This document shows positions 1 through 10,236 of a DNA stretch of 32,000 nt, piece after piece (the stretch's first letter is position 1; the number at the start of each line of letters is the position of its first letter). The notes under the pieces were generated by a model. It was not told the origin of the DNA, did not search any database, and saw only the letters and a list, made by a program, of their open reading frames with translations. The translations under genes were made by a program, and so were the position numbers. Origin of the DNA: Vibrio alginolyticus NBRC 15630 = ATCC 17749 (GTDB lineage: Bacteria; Pseudomonadota; Gammaproteobacteria; Enterobacterales; Vibrionaceae); assembly GCF_000354175.2 (NCBI RefSeq), contig NC_022349.1, positions 1,650,001 through 1,682,000 of the forward strand, in the 5' to 3' direction.

Positions 1-1208
1 CCATGATAGTAACAACTGGAGCACGTGGAACTGCTTCCGCGTTAGTGTCACGGTCAGATAGTACCGCTTCTTCCAGTTCGTTCTCTTTACGAAGAACTAC
101 TTTATGGCCCATTTCTTCAGCAACAAGTTGTGCTGTTTCTTGGTCGATCACTTGGTTGATAGTCGCCATAGCGCCCATCTTCATCATTACTTTGATAACT
201 TCTGTCGCTTTAACCGACATCTTGTTAGCAAGTTCTGATAGAACGATCGTTTCGCCAATTACAACGTCTTGCTTAGCAACCGTTGCTGACTTATCAAACC
301 CGTGCTGCATTGAAGTCGGCTTAGCAAGTTTGCCCTTACGACCTCTACCGCCACGTTGGTTGTTACGGCCACCGCGAGCTTGGTCGTCTTTACCCGAAGC
401 TGCTTTTTTCTTCTTACGACGACCGCCTTCTACTTTGCGATCTGCTTCATCTTCGGCTTCACGTGCGTATTGTGAAGTCGTTACATGGTAATCTGTATCT
501 TCCATATCACCCTTTTTCTCTTCTGCAGCAGACCAACGCTCTTTATTCTTTTCAGCCAATTCGCGAGCTTCTTCAAGCTTGCGCTGACTTTCCTCTTCAG
601 CCTTACGCTTAGCTTCTTCTTCCTGACGACGTTTAAGCTCGTCGGCCTCTTTTCGCGCTGCTTCTTGCTTAATTTTCTCTTCAGCATCACGCTTTGCTTT
701 TTCTTCAGCATTACGTTGTGCATTCGTATCTACGTCTCGCTTCGCTTTTTCTTCCGCTTCACGTTTTGCAGCTTCTTCAGCTTCACGTTTCGCAGCTTCT
801 TCAGCTTCACGTTTTGCAGCTTCTTCTGCTGCACGTTTTGCTGCTTCTTCTGCTTCACGTTGTGCTGCTTCTTCAGCTTCACGTTTCGCTTCATCTTCAA
901 TTGTGCTGCGCTTCACGTATGTACGTTTTTTGCGCACCTCAACCTGAACATTCTTACTCTTACCACCACCCGCGTTCACACTAAGTGTACTACGAGTTTT
1001 ACGCTGAAGCGTAAGGCGAGTCGGCTCTGAATCACCTGATTTATCACCGTGTTCTTTCTTTAAATGAGAGAGAAGCTTCTGCTTCTCTTCATCAGTAACA
1101 TTGTCAGAGCTCGCCTTTTTAATGCCAGCGTCAGCAAGTTGTTCAATCAAGCGGTCGACTGGCGTACCAATCTCATCACTCAGTGCTTTAACTGTTAATT
1201 GTGTCATG
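1..1208 (-). CDS. infB: Translation initiation factor IF-2, N-terminal ~402 codons; the 3' part runs off the left window edge
   Basis: It is absent from the ORF track because there is no in-window stop. Hand translation of the minus strand from ATG 1208..1206 gives [31 protein letters not shown], then a charged (AEEAAKRE)n linker, then [76 protein letters not shown]. This is typical IF-2 N-terminal and associated regions. It starts 21 nt downstream of nusA, as in the nusA-infB operon. Confidence 0.95.
756..899 (-). repeat. In-frame 24-bp tandem repeat x6 inside infB, encoding an (A/E/K/R) 8-residue repeat linker
   Basis: Six head-to-tail copies of gcttcacgttttgcagcttcttca-like units start exactly at 756, 780, 804, 828, 852 and 876. 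Each differs from the others by 1-4 substitutions. Confidence 0.85.
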
Positions 1209-1229
1209 CCGCTTCCTCCTTGCCGAAAA

Positions 1230-2717
1230 TTATGCTTCTTCGCCGAACCAACAGATGTTACGTGCGGCCATAATTAGCTCACCTGCACGTTCTTCGGTCA
1301 GGCCTTCGATACCTTCTAAATCGTCAATACCTTGGTCAGCAAGATCTTCCAGTGTCGCTACACCTTTCGCTGCCAATTTAAATGCCATCTCACGCTCAAG
1401 ACCTTCAAGTGCAAGTAGGTCCTCAGCTGGTTCTAGACCTTCAAAAGACTCTTCTTGTGCTAGTGCGATCGTCGTTAGTGCATCTTTTGCACGTCCACGA
1501 AGCTCTTCGATTAGTTCTTCATTCAAACCATCGATTTCTAGTAGCTCGTTAACTGGCACGTATGCGATTTCTTCTAGCGTTGAGAAACCTTCTTCAACAA
1601 GAAGTTGAGCGAAGTCTTCTTCAATATCTAGGTACTTCATGAAGTTTTCAATAGATGCTTGTGATTCTTCAGCGTGTTTCTTCTGAAGATCAGCAACTGT
1701 CATAACATTCAGTTCCCAACCGGTTAGTTGAGATGCTAGACGCACGTTTTGACCGTTACGACCAATAGCTTGCGCTAGGTTGTCAGCTTCAACTGCGATG
1801 TCCATTGAGTGTGCATCCTCATCAACGATGATAGAAGCAACATCAGCTGGCGCCATTGCGTTGATAACGAATTGAGCTGGGTTATCATCCCAAAGAACGA
1901 TATCGATACGCTCACCACCAAGTTCGCCAGAAACAGCTTGTACACGTGCACCACGCATACCAACACACGCACCTACAGGGTCGATACGTTTGTCATTTGT
2001 TTTGACAGCGATCTTAGCGCGAGAACCAGGATCACGTGCTGCGCCTTTAAGCTCGATAATATCTTCTGCGATTTCAGGCACTTCAACACGGAACAGTTCT
2101 GCCAACATTTCTGGCTTAGAACGAGTGATGAACAATTGGAAACCACGTGCTTCAGGCGCGACTTTGTAAAGAAGACCACGTACGCGGTCGCCTGGACGGA
2201 AGTTTTCACGAGGAAGTTGGTCATCACGCAGGATTACCGCTTCAGCGTTATTACCAAGATCAAGCACGATTGTGTCACGGTTTACTTTTTTCACGACACC
2301 AGTGATTAGATCACCTTCATTGTCGATGAACTGTTCAACGATTTGTGCGCGCTCAGCTTCACGAACTTTTTGAACGATAACTTGCTTAGCAGTTTGAGTC
2401 GTAATACGGTCAAACGTTACTGATTCGATTTCGTCTTCTACGTAGTCGCCAAGCTCGATTGAGTCATCTTCGTATTGCGCTGCTTCTAGTGAGATCTCTT
2501 TTGTAGGGTTCTCAACGTCATCAACAACTAACCAACGGCGGTAAGTTACAAACTCACCGGTTTTACGGTCAATGGCAACACGTACGTCGATTTCGATTTC
2601 GTATTTTTTCTTTGTAGAAGTTGCTAGAGCAATCTCAAGAGCCTCAAAGATACGCTCACGAGGTACCGCTTTTTCGTTCGATACCGCTTCTGCTACCGCT
2701 AAAATTTCTTTACTCAT
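1230..2717 (-). CDS. nusA: Transcription termination/antitermination factor NusA
   Basis: 495-aa [43 protein letters not shown]. It shows S1/KH-type core motifs and C-terminal acidic repeats, and sits in the operon context rimP-nusA-infB. Confidence 0.97.
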   Translation of the reverse strand: MSKEILAVAEAVSNEKAVPRERIFEALEIALATSTKKKYEIEIDVRVAIDRKTGEFVTYRRWLVVDDVENPTKEISLEAAQYEDDSIELGDYVEDEIESVTFDRITTQTAKQVIVQKVREAERAQIVEQFIDNEGDLITGVVKKVNRDTIVLDLGNNAEAVILRDDQLPRENFRPGDRVRGLLYKVAPEARGFQLFITRSKPEMLAELFRVEVPEIAEDIIELKGAARDPGSRAKIAVKTNDKRIDPVGACVGMRGARVQAVSGELGGERIDIVLWDDNPAQFVINAMAPADVASIIVDEDAHSMDIAVEADNLAQAIGRNGQNVRLASQLTGWELNVMTVADLQKKHAEESQASIENFMKYLDIEEDFAQLLVEEGFSTLEEIAYVPVNELLEIDGLNEELIEELRGRAKDALTTIALAQEESFEGLEPAEDLLALEGLEREMAFKLAAKGVATLEDLADQGIDDLEGIEGLTEERAGELIMAARNICWFGEEA

Positions 2718-2753
2718 TGTATTTAGCCTCTAAGCTTAAACTTTTTTAGGGAA

Positions 2754-3209
2754 CTAAAATTTAGGGATCAGGTTAGCTTTGGAAATGTTACTTAGAGCAA
2801 ACTCTTCTTGCTGACCGTCTACAGTAATTGTCACTGTTTCGCCATCAACACCGTGGATAATACCTTTCCACTTACGACGGTTTGCTACAGCCATTTTCAA
2901 TACGATGCTGACCTCGTGACCAATAAATTGCTCGTAATGTGCTGCTTTAAAAAGTGGTCTTTCTAAACCTGGAGAAGACACTTCTAGGCTGTAAGCAACA
3001 GAAATTGGATCTTCAACGTCTAAAACTGCACTAACTTGGTGGCTAACTTCTGCACAGTCGTCTACGTTAATACCATTTTCATGGTCAATGTAGATACGTA
3101 ACGTTGAGTGCGCGCCTGCACGAATGAATTCTAATCCAACTAACTCATAACCTGATGCCGCTACTGGCGCGTCAAGCATTTCAGTAAGTTGTCTTTCTAA
3201 ACCAGTCAT
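2754..3209 (-). CDS. rimP: Ribosome maturation factor RimP (YhbC)
   Basis: 151-aa [35 protein letters not shown]...[10 protein letters not shown]. It lies directly upstream of nusA and downstream of tRNA-fMet, as in the enterobacterial metY operon. Confidence 0.93.
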   Translation of the reverse strand: MTGLERQLTEMLDAPVAASGYELVGLEFIRAGAHSTLRIYIDHENGINVDDCAEVSHQVSAVLDVEDPISVAYSLEVSSPGLERPLFKAAHYEQFIGHEVSIVLKMAVANRRKWKGIIHGVDGETVTITVDGQQEEFALSNISKANLIPKF

Positions 3210-3226
3210 TTAACCACTCCAGAAAC

Positions 3227-3246
3227 AAAAAAAGGGCTCAGAGCCC
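3227..3246 (-). terminator. Intrinsic terminator/attenuator just upstream of the rimP SD
   Basis: The minus-strand RNA reads GGGCU-CUG-AGCCC followed by U7, 18 nt before the rimP ATG. Confidence 0.55.
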
Positions 3247-3295
3247 AATCAAAAAACCAAGCAGTATCTGAGCTATTTCAAAAAGCTCAGATAAC

Positions 3296-3316
3296 AAAAA
3301 ACCCCGATAGTCGGGG
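3296..3316 (-). terminator. Intrinsic terminator/attenuator between tRNA-fMet and rimP
   Basis: The minus-strand RNA reads CCCCGA-CUA-UCGGGG followed by U6. Two further hairpins lie nearby at 3266..3292 (9-bp stem) and 3374..3394 (7-bp stem). Confidence 0.6.
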
Positions 3317-3434
3317 TTTTATGCTGCTGGACCCTGATACGTTAAGAATAGCCAACAATTGCTTTTCTTAACTCGTAGTGTGGTTAGCACTACGCAAACT
3401 TGCCAATCTACGATTTCCTTTTAAAGAAAGAGAT

Positions 3435-3511
<77 letters not shown>

Positions 3512-3567
3512 TCCGACTTGCTGAGCATTATACTCGCAAACAAGTGATTTACAAGTTTGTAAATACA

Positions 3568-3651
3568 TGGTGCCGAGAGAGGGACTCGAACCCTCACACC
3601 TAAGGCACTAGCACCTCATGCTAGCGTGTCTACCAATTTCACCATCTCGGC
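3568..3651 (-). tRNA. leuU: tRNA-Leu (anticodon GAG), class II with a long variable arm
   Basis: The reverse complement reads GCCGAGATGGTGAAATTGGTAGACACGCTAGCATGAGGTGCTAGTGCCTTAGGTGTGAGGGTTCGAGTCCCTCTCTCGGCACCA. The anticodon loop is AUGAGGU. It lies immediately downstream of secG, as E. coli leuU does. Confidence 0.93.
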
Positions 3652-3667
3652 ATCAAAACCTTACAGC

Positions 3668-4006
3668 TTATTGAGGAATTTCATCACCCGCAGGGGCAGG
3701 AACTTCACTCGCTGCATCCTTAACTTGTTCAACAACTGGTTGACCTAACGTTGGGTCTACCCATTGTGATTCAGTCTGGTGCGTAGACATACGACCAAGT
3801 AACAAGCTAACGATAAAGAATACGGTTGCTAAAATAGCAGTTGTTCGGGTTAAGAAATTACCTGAGCCGCCAGCACCAAACACTGTGTTTGAAGCACCAG
3901 CACCGAACGAGGCTCCCATATCTGCGCCTTTACCTTGTTGAATCAACACAAGGCCAATCACACCAAGCGCTGCCAACAGGTAAATCACAAGTAGAACTGA
4001 AAACAT
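3668..4006 (-). CDS. secG: Preprotein translocase subunit SecG
   Basis: The ORF contains LIQQGKGADMGASFGAGASNTVFGAGGSGNFLTRTTAILATVFF, matching E. coli SecG. The track start at 4015 is a GTG. I prefer ATG 4006, which is preceded by GGTGGA at 5-nt spacing and gives MFSVLLV, 112 aa. Confidence 0.9.
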   Translation of the reverse strand: MFSVLLVIYLLAALGVIGLVLIQQGKGADMGASFGAGASNTVFGAGGSGNFLTRTTAILATVFFIVSLLLGRMSTHQTESQWVDPTLGQPVVEQVKDAASEVPAPAGDEIPQ

Positions 4007-4102
4007 TTTTTCCACCTATGTTCCAAATTGTTGAGCCAGCGCCGTTCAAAAGAATAAATCATTATGAACAAGGCTAGCGACCTCCTAACGGGAGGCGGAG
4101 CA

Positions 4103-4131
4103 ATACTAGCGAAAGCCAGTAACGCTGACAA
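4103..4131 (-). promoter_or_regulatory. Candidate sigma70 promoter for secG-leuU
   Basis: The minus strand reads TTGTCA-N17-TAGTAT, with 5/6 matches in each hexamer. It lies about 95 nt upstream of the secG ATG and downstream of the glmM terminator. Confidence 0.45.
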
Positions 4132-4173
4132 GGGAAAATTAGTAAAAAATCAATGCCAATGCGTTAAGCGCTC

Positions 4174-4195
4174 AAAAAAAGGGCAAAAGATGCCC
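4174..4195 (-). terminator. Intrinsic terminator after glmM
   Basis: The minus-strand RNA reads GGGCA-UCUUU-UGCCC followed by U7, 32 nt after the glmM stop. Confidence 0.65.
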
Positions 4196-4226
4196 TTTTC
4201 ATTCAAGACATGCTTTAACGCAATGA

Positions 4227-5567
4227 TTAACAACTTGCTTTAACAGCCTCAGCGATTTTCAATGCTGAGTGTTGAACTAGTTCACCATCTTCGCCTTCCA
4301 CCATAACGCGGATCAAAGGCTCAGTGCCAGACTTACGCAGCAGTACACGCCCTTTATCACCAAGTGTCGCCTCTACTTCAGCGACAGCGTTTAATACAGC
4401 TGTAGCTTCAAGAGGGTTACTTTCTCCTGAGAAACGGACATTTTCTAAAACCTGAGGATATAATGTCATTCCTTGCGATAGTTCATATAAAGACATATCG
4501 CTGCCAATTACAGAAGCAAGTACTTGAAGTGCAGCAACAATCGCATCGCCGGTTGTGACTTTATCTAATAAGATCACATGGCCTGAGTTTTCAGCACCAA
4601 TTTTCCAACCTTTTTCTAGCAGTTGCTCCATGACATAACGGTCACCAACAGCAGCACGTACAAACGGAATGCCTAGCTGCTTTAAACCATTTTCCATACC
4701 CAAGTTAGTCATTAGTGTACCAACAACACCACCCTTTAGCTCACCACGACGAAGTGCATCACGAGCGATGATATAAGCAATTTGGTCACCATCAACTTTG
4801 TTACCTAGGTGGTCGACCATAATGATGCGGTCACCATCACCATCAAATGCGAGACCAAGATGCGCTTGCTCTTCAACAACACGCTGTTGAAGAGCTCGTA
4901 CGTCTGTTGCGCCCACTTTTTCATTAATGTTGATGCCGTTAGGCTCTACGCCCATAGCGATAACTTCTGCCCCAAGTTCTTTGAAAACATTTGGAGCGAT
5001 GTGGTACGTTGCACCGTGCGCACAGTCTACTACGATCTTAAAGTTCGCAAGGCTCAACTCAGATGGGAAAGTACTCTTACAGAATTCGATGTAACGACCA
5101 GCTGCATCATTTAGGCGGGTTGCTTTACCAAGCTCAGCAGACTCCACACATTCAATTTCTTTATCTAACTCAGCTTCGATCGCCAATTCGATATCGTCAG
5201 GTAGCTTAGTACCCTCAGAAGAAAAGAATTTAATGCCGTTGTCGTAATATGGGTTATGTGATGCAGAAATCACAATACCAGCCTCGGCACGGAAAGTCTG
5301 AGTTAAATATGCCACAGCTGGAGTTGGCATGGGACCAGTAAATGTTGCTTTAAGTCCCGCAGCTGCAAGGCCAGCCTCTAGTGCAGATTCAAGCATATAA
5401 CCTGAAATACGTGTATCTTTACCTATGATAACTTTCTTTGTGCCTTGTTTCGCTAGTACACGACCAGCAGCCCAGCCAAGCTTAAGTACGAAGTCTGGAG
5501 TGATTGGGTATTGTCCTACTTTACCGCGCACACCGTCAGTACCAAAGTAACGTCTTTCATTCGACAT
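4227..5567 (-). CDS. glmM: Phosphoglucosamine mutase GlmM
   Basis: 446-aa [21 protein letters not shown]...[19 protein letters not shown] (active-site Ser motif)...DGDGDR. It has conserved synteny with folP-ftsH. Confidence 0.96.
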   Translation of the reverse strand: MSNERRYFGTDGVRGKVGQYPITPDFVLKLGWAAGRVLAKQGTKKVIIGKDTRISGYMLESALEAGLAAAGLKATFTGPMPTPAVAYLTQTFRAEAGIVISASHNPYYDNGIKFFSSEGTKLPDDIELAIEAELDKEIECVESAELGKATRLNDAAGRYIEFCKSTFPSELSLANFKIVVDCAHGATYHIAPNVFKELGAEVIAMGVEPNGININEKVGATDVRALQQRVVEEQAHLGLAFDGDGDRIIMVDHLGNKVDGDQIAYIIARDALRRGELKGGVVGTLMTNLGMENGLKQLGIPFVRAAVGDRYVMEQLLEKGWKIGAENSGHVILLDKVTTGDAIVAALQVLASVIGSDMSLYELSQGMTLYPQVLENVRFSGESNPLEATAVLNAVAEVEATLGDKGRVLLRKSGTEPLIRVMVEGEDGELVQHSALKIAEAVKASC

Positions 5568-5586
5568 AAACTTTCCTTTATTATTT

Positions 5587-6420
5587 TTAAATATTGTTTT
5601 TCGTCATCTCAACAACTTTCATCGCTTCGATTGTCTCTTCAAAGTCATGCACGCGAATGATCTGCGCGCCTTTCATCGCGGCAATCGTAGCACAAACGAC
5701 ACTTGCGTTCGTACACTCTGCCGCTGGCTTGTCTAACAGTTTGAAGATCATGGATTTACGAGACATGCCAGCCAAAATAGGCAGGCCGAATTCATGAAAC
5801 TTTTCAAGATGAGCAAGCATATGATAATTGTGTTCGATTGTTTTGCCAAAGCCAAACCCAGGATCGAGAATCAGTTGAGATTTATCAATCCCTGCTGCTT
5901 CACACGCCGCGATACGTTCTTCTAGAAAAGCCGACACGTCCCCCATTAAATCATCATAATGAGGGTCAACTTGCATGGTCCTAGGCTGACCTTTCATATG
6001 CATCAGACAAATTGGAAGGTTTGCTTCTGCTGCGACTTCCAGAGCACCTGGCTCTTGCAGCGAACGGATGTCATTGATCAAATCAGCCCCAGCATCAATT
6101 GCTTGACGCATCACTTCTGCTTTACTGGTGTCAACGGAAATCCACACATCATACTTTTCACGAATGGCTTTGATTACTGGGACAACACGCCTAAGCTCTT
6201 CTTCCAAAGACACATCCGGTGCACCAGGTCTTGTCGATTCACCACCAACATCAACAATACTTACACCAGCCTTTATCATTTTATCAACTTGAGCAAGAGC
6301 AAGTTCAATTGAGTTGTATTTACCGCCATCCGAAAAGGAATCCGGTGTCACATTTAGAATGGCCATGACATGTGGACGCGAAAGGTCCAAAGATTTGTTA
6401 TTTGCTGTAATCATCATCAT
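5587..6420 (-). CDS. folP: Dihydropteroate synthase FolP
   Basis: [24 protein letters not shown] matches the E. coli FolP N-terminus. The track start at 6426 is a GTG lying inside the upstream terminator U-tract. The first ATG is at 6420, and two further in-frame ATGs follow, so the exact start is uncertain by up to 3 codons. Confidence 0.9.
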   Translation of the reverse strand: MMMITANNKSLDLSRPHVMAILNVTPDSFSDGGKYNSIELALAQVDKMIKAGVSIVDVGGESTRPGAPDVSLEEELRRVVPVIKAIREKYDVWISVDTSKAEVMRQAIDAGADLINDIRSLQEPGALEVAAEANLPICLMHMKGQPRTMQVDPHYDDLMGDVSAFLEERIAACEAAGIDKSQLILDPGFGFGKTIEHNYHMLAHLEKFHEFGLPILAGMSRKSMIFKLLDKPAAECTNASVVCATIAAMKGAQIIRVHDFEETIEAMKVVEMTKNNI

Positions 6421-6426
6421 AAACAC

Positions 6427-6449
6427 AAAAACCCCGAGATAACTCGGGG
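6427..6449 (-). terminator. Intrinsic terminator/attenuator between ftsH and folP
   Basis: The minus-strand RNA reads CCCCGAG-UUAU-CUCGGGG followed by UUUUUGUGUUU, abutting the folP start. Confidence 0.6.
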
Positions 6450-6469
6450 TTTAATATTATCGATACTCT

Positions 6470-8443
6470 TTATTCAGAGTCTTTCTTTTCAGGCGCTTCG
6501 TTAGAAGTTGTATCAGAAGAGCTAGGCTGTTCTGCATCTTTCGCAGTATCCGTTGCTTCTTCTTTAACTTCTTGCTTTGCTTGAGGCTTGTCGCTGTCTT
6601 CTGGTTTGCTTGCTGAGTTATCACTCCAGCCCGCAGGCTCACGAATTTCAGCTTTGCGCTCCATTAAGTCATCAATCTGGCGAGCATCAATGGTTTCATA
6701 CTTCATCAGCGCATCTTTCATCGCATGCATGATATCCATGTTCTCTTGAAGAATCTTCTTCGCACGATCGTAGTTGCGGTCAATGATCTGACGAACTTCG
6801 TCATCAATCAACTTCGCTGTATCGTCAGACACATGTTTAGTCTGAGTTACACTACGTCCTAAGAACACTTCGCCTTCATCTTCTGCATACAGCAGAGGGC
6901 CAAGCTTTTCAGAGAAACCCCATTGAGTAACCATCTTACGAGCAATATCTGTTGCGCGCTCGATATCATTAGAAGCACCGGTTGATACTTTGTCAGCACC
7001 GTAGATAAGTTCTTCTGCTAAACGACCACCGTACAAGCTAGAAATCATTGATTCTAGGTGTTGGCGAGACATGCTCACGCGGTCCTGCTCTGGAAGGTAC
7101 ATTGTTACACCCAACGCACGACCACGTGGAATGATAGACACTTTGTACACTGGATCGTGTTCAGGAACCAAGCGACCAACAATCGCGTGACCAGCTTCGT
7201 GGTATGCGGTTGACTCTTTCACTTCCTCAGACATCACCATTGAACGGCGCTCAGCACCCATCATGATTTTGTCTTTCGCCAGTTCAAACTCAACCATAGA
7301 AACGTTGCGCTTGTTACCGCGCGCAGCAAACAAGGCTGCTTCGTTAACTAAGTTTGCTAGGTCAGCACCAGAGAAGCCTGGAGTACCACGTGCGATGAGA
7401 GAAGGCTCTACATCACCCGCTAGAGGGACCTTACGCATGTGAACTTTTAGGATCTGTTCACGGCCACGTACATCTGGAAGACCAACTACCACTTGACGGT
7501 CAAAACGACCAGGACGCAGTAACGCAGGGTCCAGCACATCCGGACGGTTAGTCGCAGCGATAACGATAATACCTTCGTTACCTTCGAAACCATCCATCTC
7601 AACGAGCATTTGGTTTAGTGTTTGTTCACGTTCATCATGACCACCACCAACACCTGCGCCACGTTGACGACCTACCGCATCGATCTCATCGATAAAGATG
7701 ATACAAGGTGCGGCTTTCTTTGCTTGTTCAAACATGTCACGCACACGAGATGCACCAACACCAACGAACATTTCTACGAAATCAGAACCAGAGATAGTAA
7801 AGAATGGTACTTTCGCCTCACCGGCAATGGCTTTCGCTAGAAGCGTTTTACCCGTACCAGGAGGACCAACCATTAGAACACCCGTTGGAATCTTACCGCC
7901 CAGCTTTTGGAAGCGGCTTGGATCGCGTAGGTAGTCCACCAGCTCTTTCACGTCTTCTTTTGCTTCGTCACAACCTGCAACGTCAGCAAAAGTTGTCTTG
8001 ATTTGTTCTTCGCTCATCATTCGAGCTTTGCTCTTACCAAAAGACATGGCGCCTTTACCACCGCCGCCTTGCATTTGACGCATGAAGAAAATCCATACAC
8101 CAATTAGTAAGATCATTGGGAACCAAGAGATGAAGATAGTACCAAGCAAGCTTTGCTCTTCTGGAGGCGTGCCTTGTACTTTCACGTTTTGGTTAATTAG
8201 GTCATCTAGAAGCTTTTGGTCATACACTGGCATGTAAGTGACCATTTTGGCACCGCCGCCACGACGAACAAAGCTAATTTCACCGTCTTTAAAAGTTGCT
8301 TCTTGAATCTGGCCTTGGCCAACTTCCTGTACAAACGTGGTGTAATCCACGGTTCTGCCATTGCTTTCTCCAGGGCCAAAGCTCTGGAATACCGACATCA
8401 ATACGACGGCGATAACAAGCCACAGAATTAAATTTTTTGCCAT
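6470..8443 (-). CDS. ftsH: ATP-dependent zinc metalloprotease FtsH
   Basis: [24 protein letters not shown] is identical to the E. coli FtsH N-terminus. Walker A is GPPGTGKT, and the protease motif HEAGH is present. The track ORF extends 21 codons further to 8506, and I trimmed it to the conserved ATG at 8443 (657 aa). Confidence 0.96.
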   Translation of the reverse strand: MAKNLILWLVIAVVLMSVFQSFGPGESNGRTVDYTTFVQEVGQGQIQEATFKDGEISFVRRGGGAKMVTYMPVYDQKLLDDLINQNVKVQGTPPEEQSLLGTIFISWFPMILLIGVWIFFMRQMQGGGGKGAMSFGKSKARMMSEEQIKTTFADVAGCDEAKEDVKELVDYLRDPSRFQKLGGKIPTGVLMVGPPGTGKTLLAKAIAGEAKVPFFTISGSDFVEMFVGVGASRVRDMFEQAKKAAPCIIFIDEIDAVGRQRGAGVGGGHDEREQTLNQMLVEMDGFEGNEGIIVIAATNRPDVLDPALLRPGRFDRQVVVGLPDVRGREQILKVHMRKVPLAGDVEPSLIARGTPGFSGADLANLVNEAALFAARGNKRNVSMVEFELAKDKIMMGAERRSMVMSEEVKESTAYHEAGHAIVGRLVPEHDPVYKVSIIPRGRALGVTMYLPEQDRVSMSRQHLESMISSLYGGRLAEELIYGADKVSTGASNDIERATDIARKMVTQWGFSEKLGPLLYAEDEGEVFLGRSVTQTKHVSDDTAKLIDDEVRQIIDRNYDRAKKILQENMDIMHAMKDALMKYETIDARQIDDLMERKAEIREPAGWSDNSASKPEDSDKPQAKQEVKEEATDTAKDAEQPSSSDTTSNEAPEKKDSE

Positions 8444-8551
8444 GTCACTCAAGGTGTAAGCCTCTCGATAACTAATTGTAATTAAAGGTAGGGTACTACA
8501 GTTCATTAACTGTAGCTATAGTGTTAACACGCTCTCAAGAGAGCAAAATGG

Positions 8552-9181
8552 TTAACCTTTGTAACCAGTGGCTACGACGAAGACCTCTCGAGAGCGGGCT
8601 CGCGATGAGTCTGGTTTTCTAATTTTTACGGCTTTAAACATGTCTCGGACTTCTTTCACATACTGATCGAAGCCTTCCCCTTGGAAAACCTTTACGACAA
8701 AGCTACCATTAGGCGCTAGAACTTGTCGACACATATCTAAAGCTAATTCAACTAAATACATAGCGCGAGGTTGATCAACAGAATTGTTTCCCGCGATGTT
8801 AGGCGCCATATCAGACATTACTACGTCTACCATGGAAGGTTGGATCCTTTCTAGCAAAGCTTCCAATACTGCATCATCACGAAAGTCGCCTTGTAAAAAG
8901 CTAACGCCAGCAATCGGGTCCATAGGAAGCAAGTCACACGCGATGATCTGACCACTGTCCCCTACTATCTTAGCAGCATATTGAGACCATCCGCCCGGCG
9001 CAGCCCCCAAGTCGACGACTGTCATTCCAGGCTTTAACAATTTATCTTTCGTTTGAATCTCATCGATCTTGAAATAAGCACGTGAGCGGTAGCCTTTTTT
9101 TCGGGCTTCATTCGCGTATTTATCATCAAAGTGTTCTTTCAACCAACGACCAGAACTAGCCGAATGTTTTTGTTTACTCAT
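8552..9181 (-). CDS. rlmE: 23S rRNA 2'-O-ribose U2552 methyltransferase RlmE (FtsJ)
   Basis: [22 protein letters not shown]...[14 protein letters not shown]...[14 protein letters not shown] is colinear with E. coli RlmE (209 aa). The track start at 9202 was trimmed to ATG 9181, which is preceded by GGGA. Confidence 0.94.
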   Translation of the reverse strand: MSKQKHSASSGRWLKEHFDDKYANEARKKGYRSRAYFKIDEIQTKDKLLKPGMTVVDLGAAPGGWSQYAAKIVGDSGQIIACDLLPMDPIAGVSFLQGDFRDDAVLEALLERIQPSMVDVVMSDMAPNIAGNNSVDQPRAMYLVELALDMCRQVLAPNGSFVVKVFQGEGFDQYVKEVRDMFKAVKIRKPDSSRARSREVFVVATGYKG

Positions 9182-9261
9182 TTTAATCCCAACAAGGCAC
9201 AAATTGGAGCTATTGTTTTAATAGGCGCTACCTATTACTCAATAAATTATAGTCTTCAGCA

Positions 9262-9290
9262 ATAGATGGCGTTAAAATAGCTTTTTTCAA
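9262..9290 (-). promoter_or_regulatory. Candidate sigma32 (heat-shock) promoter for rlmE-ftsH
   Basis: The minus strand reads TTGAAA-N15-CCATCTAT, compared with the sigma32 consensus CTTGAAA-N13-15-CCCCATNT. It lies about 80 nt upstream of the rlmE ATG. Confidence 0.4.
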
Positions 9291-9318
9291 CCCTTATTTA
9301 AAGAAAATTGGCCGCGTA

Positions 9319-9615
9319 ATGAACCTAAGCACCAAACAAAAGCAGCACCTTAAAGGCCTAGCTCACAGTTTAAAACCTGTTGTGCTAATGGGCGCAAATG
9401 GACTTACAGAAGCCGTGCTAGCAGAAATTGAAATCGCTCTTAACCATCACGAACTTATCAAAGTAAAAGTTGCTTCGGAAGATCGTGAAACAAAACAGCT
9501 AATCATCGACGCTATCGTACGTGAGACGGGCGCTGAAAAAGTTCAGACTATTGGTAAAGTGCTTGTGCTATACCGCCAGTCTGAAGAGCGTAAAATCGAA
9601 ATCCCTCGTAAGTAA
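9319..9615 (+). CDS. yhbY: Ribosome assembly RNA-binding protein YhbY (CRM domain)
   Basis: MNLSTKQKQHLKGLAHSLKPVVLMGANGLTE is almost identical to the E. coli YhbY N-terminus. It is divergent from rlmE, as in E. coli. Confidence 0.93.
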   Translation: MNLSTKQKQHLKGLAHSLKPVVLMGANGLTEAVLAEIEIALNHHELIKVKVASEDRETKQLIIDAIVRETGAEKVQTIGKVLVLYRQSEERKIEIPRK

Positions 9616-9641
9616 CCCTACTTACGTTGCTGAAGAAAAAA

Positions 9642-9663
9642 GGTCGCCTGAGGCGACCTTTTT
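9642..9663. terminator. Bidirectional intrinsic terminator shared by convergent yhbY and greA
   Basis: GGTCGCC-TGA-GGCGACC is flanked by A7 on the left and T5 on the right. Confidence 0.75.
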
Positions 9664-9699
9664 GCGTTTTATCAGAGTAGTAATGCTACTCCAAACGAC

Positions 9700-10173
9700 T
9701 TAGATATATTCTACTCGGTCAATTTCGAAGTCTTTCGCGCCACCCGGAGTTTGAATAGCAACTTCATCGCCTTCCATCTTACCAATCAGGCCACGAGCAA
9801 TAGGTGAGCTCACTGAAATGCGACCTGCTTTGATATCGGCTTCGTCATCACCAACGATTTGGTACGTTTTTTCTTCTTCGGTGTCGATATCAATCAAGGT
9901 TACGGTTGAACCAAAAATAACTTTACCCGTGTTCTCCATCTTCGTTACATCAATAACTTGAGCAACTGACAGTTTGTATTCAATGTCACGGATTTGTGCT
10001 TCACAAATGCCCTGCTCTTCACGAGCGGCGTGATATTCAGCATTCTCTTTTAAATCACCTAGCTCACGAGCTTCAGCAATTGCCTCTGAGATCTGAGGAC
10101 GTAGTTTAAGTAGACGATCGAGTTCTGCACGTAGCTTTTGCTCGCCACGTAGTGTCATTGGAACTTTTTCCAT
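9700..10173 (-). CDS. greA: Transcription elongation factor GreA
   Basis: 157-aa [20 protein letters not shown]...[17 protein letters not shown]...[10 protein letters not shown] is colinear with E. coli GreA. Confidence 0.96.
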   Translation of the reverse strand: MEKVPMTLRGEQKLRAELDRLLKLRPQISEAIAEARELGDLKENAEYHAAREEQGICEAQIRDIEYKLSVAQVIDVTKMENTGKVIFGSTVTLIDIDTEEEKTYQIVGDDEADIKAGRISVSSPIARGLIGKMEGDEVAIQTPGGAKDFEIDRVEYI

Positions 10174-10206
10174 TTTATAACCTCAAGCCCAAATGGGTCT
10201 TTGGAC

Positions 10207-10236
10207 AAAAAAAGCCCACCCTGTCATAGGACTGGG
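10207..10236 (-). terminator. Intrinsic terminator within the greA leader (GraL-like)
   Basis: The minus-strand RNA reads CCCAGUCC-UAUGACA-GGGUGGG (7 bp with one bulge) followed by CU7. It ends about 33 nt upstream of the greA ATG. Confidence 0.5.

Noticed and set aside
3-1608. Plus-strand ORFs 3..491, 485..1030, 694..984 and 1201..1608, and minus-strand ORF 481..723, from the six-frame track
   Set aside because: All lie antisense to or out of frame with infB/nusA, whose translations are unmistakably conserved. Their products are low-complexity (Ser/Phe/Leu-rich) artefacts of the charged repeat region.
8444-8506. N-terminal extensions of track ORFs: ftsH to 8506, rlmE to 9202, hemL from 22148, the mgtE-like gene to 14278, erpA to 21958, secG to 4015 and folP to 6426
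   Set aside because: Homology to the E. coli proteins begins at internal start codons that also have better Shine-Dalgarno sequences. Several of the extended starts are GTG codons lying inside terminators or promoters.
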